Assembly (NCBI GenBank): GCA_951406725.2
Contig: OX597826.1
Coordinates: 78,554,001 to 78,618,000, forward strand
DNA from: Octopus vulgaris
Lineage: Eukaryota
Direction: 5' to 3'
Length of the DNA: 64,000 bases
Position numbers and translations under genes: made by a program
The notes under the pieces: generated by a model
The model's input: the letters and a program-made list of their open reading frames with translations, nothing else
What the model was told of the DNA's origin: nothing
Database searches by the model: none
Shown here: positions 57,675-64,000 of the stretch, piece by piece
Layout: the number at the start of each line of letters is the position of its first letter
Position numbering within the stretch: the stretch's first letter is position 1

Positions 57675-60600
57675 GAGGGAGAAATCTTCAATATTCCAGA
57701 GAGGGAAATTTGGGAGGGGGGAAGGAAAGAAAGGGGAGTAAGAAATCTTTCACATACCAGAGTGGGTGATTTGAGGATGGAGGGGAGGAAGGCGAAGGAG
57801 AAATCTACGACATTCCAGAGAGGGGGATTTGAGATAGGGAAGGGGAGGAAGCGGAGGAAGGGGAGGGAGAAATCTTTGACATTCCAGAGAGGCGGATTTG
57901 AGATAGGGAAGGGGAGGAAGCGGAGGAAGGGGAGGGAGAAATCTTCGACATTCCAGAGAGGGTGATTTAAGATAGGGAAGGGGAGGAAGCGGAGGAAGGG
58001 GAGGGAGAAATCTTTGACATTCCAGAGAGGCGGATTTGAGATAGGGAAGGGGAGGAAGCGGAAGAAGGGAGAGGAGAATTCTTCGACATTCCAGAGAGGG
58101 GGATTTGAGATAGGGAAGGGGAGGAAGGGGAGGAAGGGCAGGGAGAAATATTCGACATTCCAGAGGGGGGCATTTCAGATAGGGAAGGGGAGGAAGGGTA
58201 GGAAGGGCAGGGAGAAATATTCGACATTCCAGAGAGGGGGATTTGAGATAGGGAAGGGGAGGAAGCGGAGGAAGGAAAGGGAGAATTCTTCGACATTCCA
58301 GAGAGGGGGATTTGAGATAGGGAAGGGGAGGAAGGGAGGAAGGGGAGGGAGAAATCTTCGACATTCCAGAGAGGGGGATTTGAGATAAGGAAGGGGAGGA
58401 AGCGGAGGAAGGGAAGGGAGAATTCTTCAAAATTCCAGAGAGGGCGATTTGAGATAAAGAAGGGGAGGAAGCGGTGGAAGGGGAGGGAGAAATCTTCGAC
58501 ATTCCAGAGAGGGGTATTTGAGATGGGGGAGGGGAGGAAGCGGAGGAAGGGGAGGGAGAATTCTTCCACATTCCAGAGAGGGGGATTTGAGATAGGGAAG
58601 GGGAGGAAGCGGAGGAAGGGGAGGGAGAATTCTTCCACATTCCAGAGAGAGGGATTTGAGATAGGGAAGGCGAGGAAGCGCAGGAAGGGAAGGGAGAATA
58701 CTTCGACATTCCAGAGAGGGGGATTTGAGATAGGGAAGGGGAGGAAGCGCAGGAAGGGAAGGGAGAATTCTTCGACATTCCAGAGAGGGGGATTTGAGAT
58801 AGGGAAGGGGAGGAAGCGTAGGAAGGGGAGGGAGAAATCTTCGACATTCCAGAGAGGGGGATTTGAGATAGGGGAGGGGAGGAAGGGGACGGAGAAATCT
58901 TCGAAAATCCAGAGAGAGGGTTTTGAGATAGGGAAGGGGAGGAATCGGAGGAAGAGGACGGAGTAATCTTCGACATTCCAGAGGGGGGGATTTGAGATAG
59001 GGAAGGGGAGGAAGCGGAGGAAGGGGAGGGAGAATTCTTCGACATTCCAGAGAGGGGGATTTGAGATAGGGAAAGGGAGGAAGCGGCGGAAGGTGGGGGA
59101 GAAATCTTCGACATTCCAGAGAGGGTGATTTGAGATAGGGAAGGGGAGGATGCGGAGGAAGGGGAGGGAGAATTCTTCGACATTCCAGAGAGGGGGATTT
59201 GAGATAGGGAAAGGGAGGAAGCGGAGGAAGGGAAGGGAGAATTCTTCGACATTCCAGAGAGGGGGATTTGAGATAGGGAAGGGGAGGAAGCGGAGGAAGG
59301 GGAGGGAGAAATCTACGACATTCCAGAGAGGGGGATTTGAGATAGGGAAGGGGAGGATGCGGAGGAAGGGGAGGGAGAAATCTTCGACATTCCAGAGAGG
59401 GGGATTTGAGATAGGGAAGGGGAGGAAGCGGAGGAAGGGGAGGGAGAATTCTTCGACATTCCAGAGAGGGGGATTTGAGATAGGGAAGGGGAGGAAGCGG
59501 AGGAAGGGGAGGGAGAAATCATCGACATTCCAGAGAGGGGGATTTGAAAGGGGGAAGGGGAGGAAGGGCAGGGAGAAATATTCGACATTCCAGAGAGGGG
59601 GATTTGAGATAGGGAAGGGGAGGATGCGGAGGAAGGGGAGGGAGAAATCTTCGACATTCCAGAGAGGGGGATTTGAGATAGGGAAGGGGAGGAAGCGCAG
59701 GAAGGGAAGGGAGAATTCTTCGACATTCCAGAGAGGGGGATTTGAGATAGGGAAGGGGAGGAAGCGGAGGAAGGGGAGGGAGAAATCTTCGACATTCCAG
59801 AGAGGGGGATTTGAGATAGGGAAGGGGAGGAAGGGAAGGAAGGGCAGGGAGAAATCTTCGACATTCCAGAGAGGGGGACTTGAGATAGGGAAGGGGAGGA
59901 AGCGGAGAAAGGGAAGGGAGAATTCTTCGGCATTCCAGAGAGGGGGATTTGAGATAGGGAAGGGGAGGAAGCGGAGGAAGGGGAGGGCGAAATCTTCGAC
60001 ATTCCAGAGGGGGGGATTTGAGAGGGAAGGGGAGGAAGCGGAGGAAGGGGAGGGAGAATTCTTCGACATTCCAGAGAGGGAGATTTGAGATAGGGAAGGG
60101 GAGGATGCGGAGGAAGGGGAGGGAGAAATCTTCGACATTCCAGAGAGGGTGATTTGAGATAGGGAAGGGGAGGATGCAGAGGAAGGGGAGGGAGAATTCT
60201 TCGACATTCCAGAGAGGGGGATTTGAGATAGGGAAAGGGAGGAAGCGGAGGAAGGGAAGGGAGAATTCTTCGACATTCCAGAGAGGGGGATTTGAGATAG
60301 GGAAGGGGAGGAAGCGGAGGAAGGGGAGGAAGCGGAGGAAGGGGAGGAAGCGGAGGAAGGGGAGGAAGCGGAGGAAGGGGAGGAAGCGGAGGAAGGGGAG
60401 GGAGAAATCATCGACATTCCAGAGAGGGGGATTTGAGATAGGGAAGGGGAGGATGCGGAGGAAGGGGAGGGAGATATCTTCGACATTCCAGAGAGGGGGA
60501 TTTGAGATAGGGAAGGGGAGGATGCGGAGGAGGGAAGGGAGAAATCTTCGACATTCCAGAGAGGGGGATTTGAGATAGGGAAGGGGAGGATGCGGAGGAA

Positions 60601-62775
60601 GGGGAGGGAGAAATCTTCGACATTCCAGAGAGGGGGATTTGAGATAGGGAAGGTGAGAAAGGGGAGGAAGGGCAGGGTGAAATATTCGACATTCCAGAGA
60701 GGGGGATTTGAGATAGGGAAGGGGAGGATGCGGAGGAAGGGGAGGGAGAAATCTTCGACATTCCAGAGAGGGGGATTTGAGATAGGGAAGGGGAGGAAGG
60801 GAAGGAAGGGCAGGGAGAAATATTCGACATTCCAGAGAGGGGGATTTGAGATAGGGAAGGGGAGGAAGCGGAGAAAGGGAAGGGAGAATTCTTCGGCATT
60901 CCAGAGAGGGGGATTTGAGATAGGGAAGGGGAGGAAGCGGAGGAAGGGGAGGGCGAAATCTTCGACATTCCAGAGAGCGGGATTTGAGATAGGGGAGGGG
61001 AGGAAGCAGAGGAAGGGGAGGGAGAAATCTTTGACATTCCAGTGAGGGGGATTTGAGATTGGGAAGGGGAGGAAGCTGAGGAAGGGGAGGGAGAAATCTT
61101 CGACATTCCAGAGATGGGGATTTGAGATAGGGGAGGGGAGGAAGCAGAGGAAGGGGAGGGAGAAATCTTCGACATTCCAGAGAGGGGTATTTGAAATAGG
61201 GAAGGGGAGGAAGCGGAGGAAGGGAAAGGCGAATTCGTCGACATTCCTGAGAGGGGGATTTGAGATAGGGAAGGGGAGGAAGCGGAGGAAGGGGAGGGAG
61301 AAATCTTCGACATTCCAGAGAGGGGGATTTGAGATAGGGAAGGTGAGAAAGGGGAGGAAGGGCAGTGTGAAATATTCGACATTCCAGAGAGGAGTATTTG
61401 AGATAGGGAAGGGGAGGAAGGGGAGGAAAGGCAGGGAGAATTCTTCGACATTCCAGAGAGGGGGATTTGAGATAGGGAAGGGGAGGATGCGGAGGAAGGG
61501 GAGGGAGAAATCTTCGACATTCCAGAGAGGGGGATTTGAGATAGGGAAGGAGAGGAAGCGGAGAAAGGGAAGGGAGAATTCTTCGGCATTCCAGAGAGGG
61601 GGATTTGAGATAGGGAAGGGGAGGAAGCGGAGGAAGGGGAGGGAGAATTCTGCGACATTCCAGAGAGGGGGATTTGAGATGGGGTAGGTGAGGAAGCGGA
61701 GAAAGGGAAGGGAGAATTCTTCGACATTCCAGAGAGTAGGGATTTGAGATAGGGAAGGGGAGGAAGCGGAGGAAGGGGAGGGAGAATTCTTCGACATTCC
61801 AGAGAGGGGCATTTCAGATAGGGATGGGGAGGAAGCGGAGGAAGGGAAGGGAGAATTCTTCGACATTCCAGAGAGGGAGATTTGAGATAGGGAAGGGGTT
61901 GAAGCGGAGGAAGGGGAGGGAGAATTCTTCCACATTCCAGAGAGGGGGATTTGAGATAGGAAAGGGGAGGAAGCGGCGGAAGTGGAGGGAGAAATCTTCG
62001 ACATTCCAGAGAGGGGGATTTGAGATAGGGAAGTGGAGGAAGCGGAGGAAGGGATGGGGAATTCTTCGACATTCCAGAGAGGGGGATATTAGATAGGGAA
62101 TGGGAGGAAGGGGAAGAAGGGAAGGGAGAATTCTTCGACATTCCAGAGAGGGGGATTTGAGATAGGGAAGGGGAGGAAACGGTGGAAGGGAAGGGAGTTT
62201 TCTTCCACATTCCAGAGAGGGGCATTTGTGAGGGCGAAGTGGAGGAAGGGGAAGATGGGGAGTGAGAGATCTGCGACATTCGAGAGAGGGGGATTTGAGG
62301 GGGGAAAGGTGAGTAAGAGGAGGTAGGGGAGGGAGAAATCTTCGATATTCCAGATAGGGTGATTTGAGATGTGGAAGTGGAGAAAGGGGAGGGTGAAACA
62401 TTTGGAATTCCAGAGAGAGGGATTTGAGAGGTAAATGGGAAAAACGGGAGGAAGTGGAAGGAGAAATCTTCGACATTCCAGAGAGGGGAATTTGAGAGGG
62501 GTAGGGGAGGATTGGGAGGAAGGGGAGGGAGAAATCTGCGACATTCCAAAGGGGGGTATTTGAGAGAGGTAAGGGGACGAAGGAGAGGGGGATTTGAGAG
62601 GGAGAAGTTGAAAAAATGGAGGGAGAAATTTTCGAAATTCCAGAGAGTGGTATTTGAAAGGGGGAAGGGGAAGAAGGGGGAAGGGGAGGGAGAAATCTTC
62701 TACATTCCAGAGAGGGGGATTTTAGAGGAGGAAGGGTATGAAGGGGAGGGAGAAATGTCAGGCATTCCAGAGAGG
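57675..62775. repeat. 69-bp purine-rich tandem satellite, roughly 70-75 copies
   Basis: Unit CGACATTCCAGAGAGGGGGATTTGAGATAGGGAAGGGGAGGAAGCGGAGGAAGGGGAGGGAGAAATCTT; homogeneous centre, diverged edges. Confidence 0.97.
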
Positions 62776-63434
62776 AATGTCAGGAATGTGAAGAATTTGA
62801 TATATATCAGGAATGCCTGGAATGTCAGGGATGTCTGGAAAGTCTGTAATGTCAGAAATGGCTGGAATGTCTCGAATGTCAGGAATGTCTGAAATTTCAG
62901 GAATGTGTGGAATGTCAAAATTATCAGGAATGTCATTAACGTCGTTTAACGTCATTTAACGTCATTAACGTCATGTCAGAGATGTCTGGTATGTCAGGAA
63001 TGTCTGGAATGTGAGGAGTGTCAGGAATTTCTGAAATGTGAGAAATGTAAGAATATCAGGAATTCCTGGAATGTGTGGGATGTCAGGAATGTCTGGAATG
63101 TCAGGAATATCTGGAATGTCAGGAATATCTGGAATGTCAGGAATATCTGGAATGTCAGGAATATCTGGAATGTCTGGAATGTCTGGAATGTCAGGAATAT
63201 CTGGAATGTCAGGAATATCTGGAATGTCAGGAATGTCTGGAATGTCAGGAATATCTGGAATGTCAGAAATGTCTGGAATATCTGGAATGTCTGGTTGTCA
63301 GGAATGTCAGGAATGTCTATAATGTGAGAAATGTGTGGAATGTGTGGAATGTGTGGAATGTGAGGAATGTCAGGAATGTCTGGAATGTGAGGAGTGTCGG
63401 GAATTTCTGAAATGTCTGAAATGTGAGAAATGTC
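62774..63434. repeat. 9-bp minisatellite (GGAATGTCW)n
   Basis: GGAATGTCA/GGAATGTCT/GGAATATCT repeats; includes (GTCATTTAAC)-like repeats at about 62932-62974. Confidence 0.95.
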
Positions 63435-64000
63435 CGACATTCCAGGGAGGGGGATTTGAGAATGGGAAAGGGAGGAAGGGGAGTGAGAAAACTTCGACAT
63501 TTCGGAGAGGGGGGATGGGAGGAAGCGGAGGGAGAAATCTTCGACATTCCAGAGAGAGGGGATTGGAGAGGGGGAAGGGGAGGGAGAAACCTTTAACATT
63601 CGGGAGAGGGGGATTTCAGAAGGGAAGGTGAGGAAGTAGATGGTGAAATCTTCAACATTCCAGAGAGGGGGATTAGAGAGGGGGAAGGGGTGGGATAAAT
63701 CTTTTGCATTCCAGTGATGGGGATTTGAGAGGAGCAGAGGAAGAATGGGAGGAGAATTCTTCAACATTCCAGAGAGGGCGATATGAGAGGGGGAAGGGGA
63801 GCAAGTGGATGAAGCGTAGGGAGTAATCTTCAACATTCCAGTGAGGGGGATTTGAGAGGAGGAGGGGAGGGAGAAACCTTCAACATTCGGAGAGGGGGAT
63901 TTCGGAAGGGAACGTGAGGAAGGAGATGGAGAAATCTTCAACATTCCAGAGAGGGAGTGGTGGGAAGGTGGAGAGGAGGAAGAGGAGGAGGACCAGGAGG
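63435..64000. repeat. Diverged continuation of the purine-rich satellite
   Basis: Shorter, variable units (about 58-69 bp) retaining ACATTCCAGAGAGGGGGATT; runs off the window end. Confidence 0.9.

Noticed and set aside
57675-62775. CRISPR-like regular repeat
   Set aside because: Units are contiguous with no unique spacers, there are no cas genes, and the context is eukaryotic.
57750-63944. Very long ORFs (up to 1345 aa) on both strands
   Set aside because: They are translations of the 69-bp and 9-bp tandem repeats, open in several frames at once, with frame switches at indels and no unique domain.

Overview
AT-rich, repeat-saturated eukaryotic DNA with no supportable host protein-coding exon, so probably intron or intergenic. 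The SINE families and the density of (TA)n/(CA)n/(GATA)n/(TATG)n tracts suggest a cephalopod (Octopus-like) genome; this is inferred from repeat content. The window holds three tRNA-headed SINE families, including composite dimers and trimers; three decayed mariner transposons and a mariner MITE; a decayed Penelope-like element (RT + GIY-YIG); fragments of RLE (R4/Dong-like), Tx1/L1, CR1 and RTE LINEs; two degenerate hammerhead-like motifs; three fold-back palindromes; and a 6.3-kb purine-rich 69-bp satellite with an embedded inverted 9-mer array. Nearly all long ORFs in the track are repeat artefacts. I found no convincing new gene system. The best leads are the fixed-junction SINE multimers, microsatellite-specific LINE insertions, the satellite architecture and the hammerhead-like relics.
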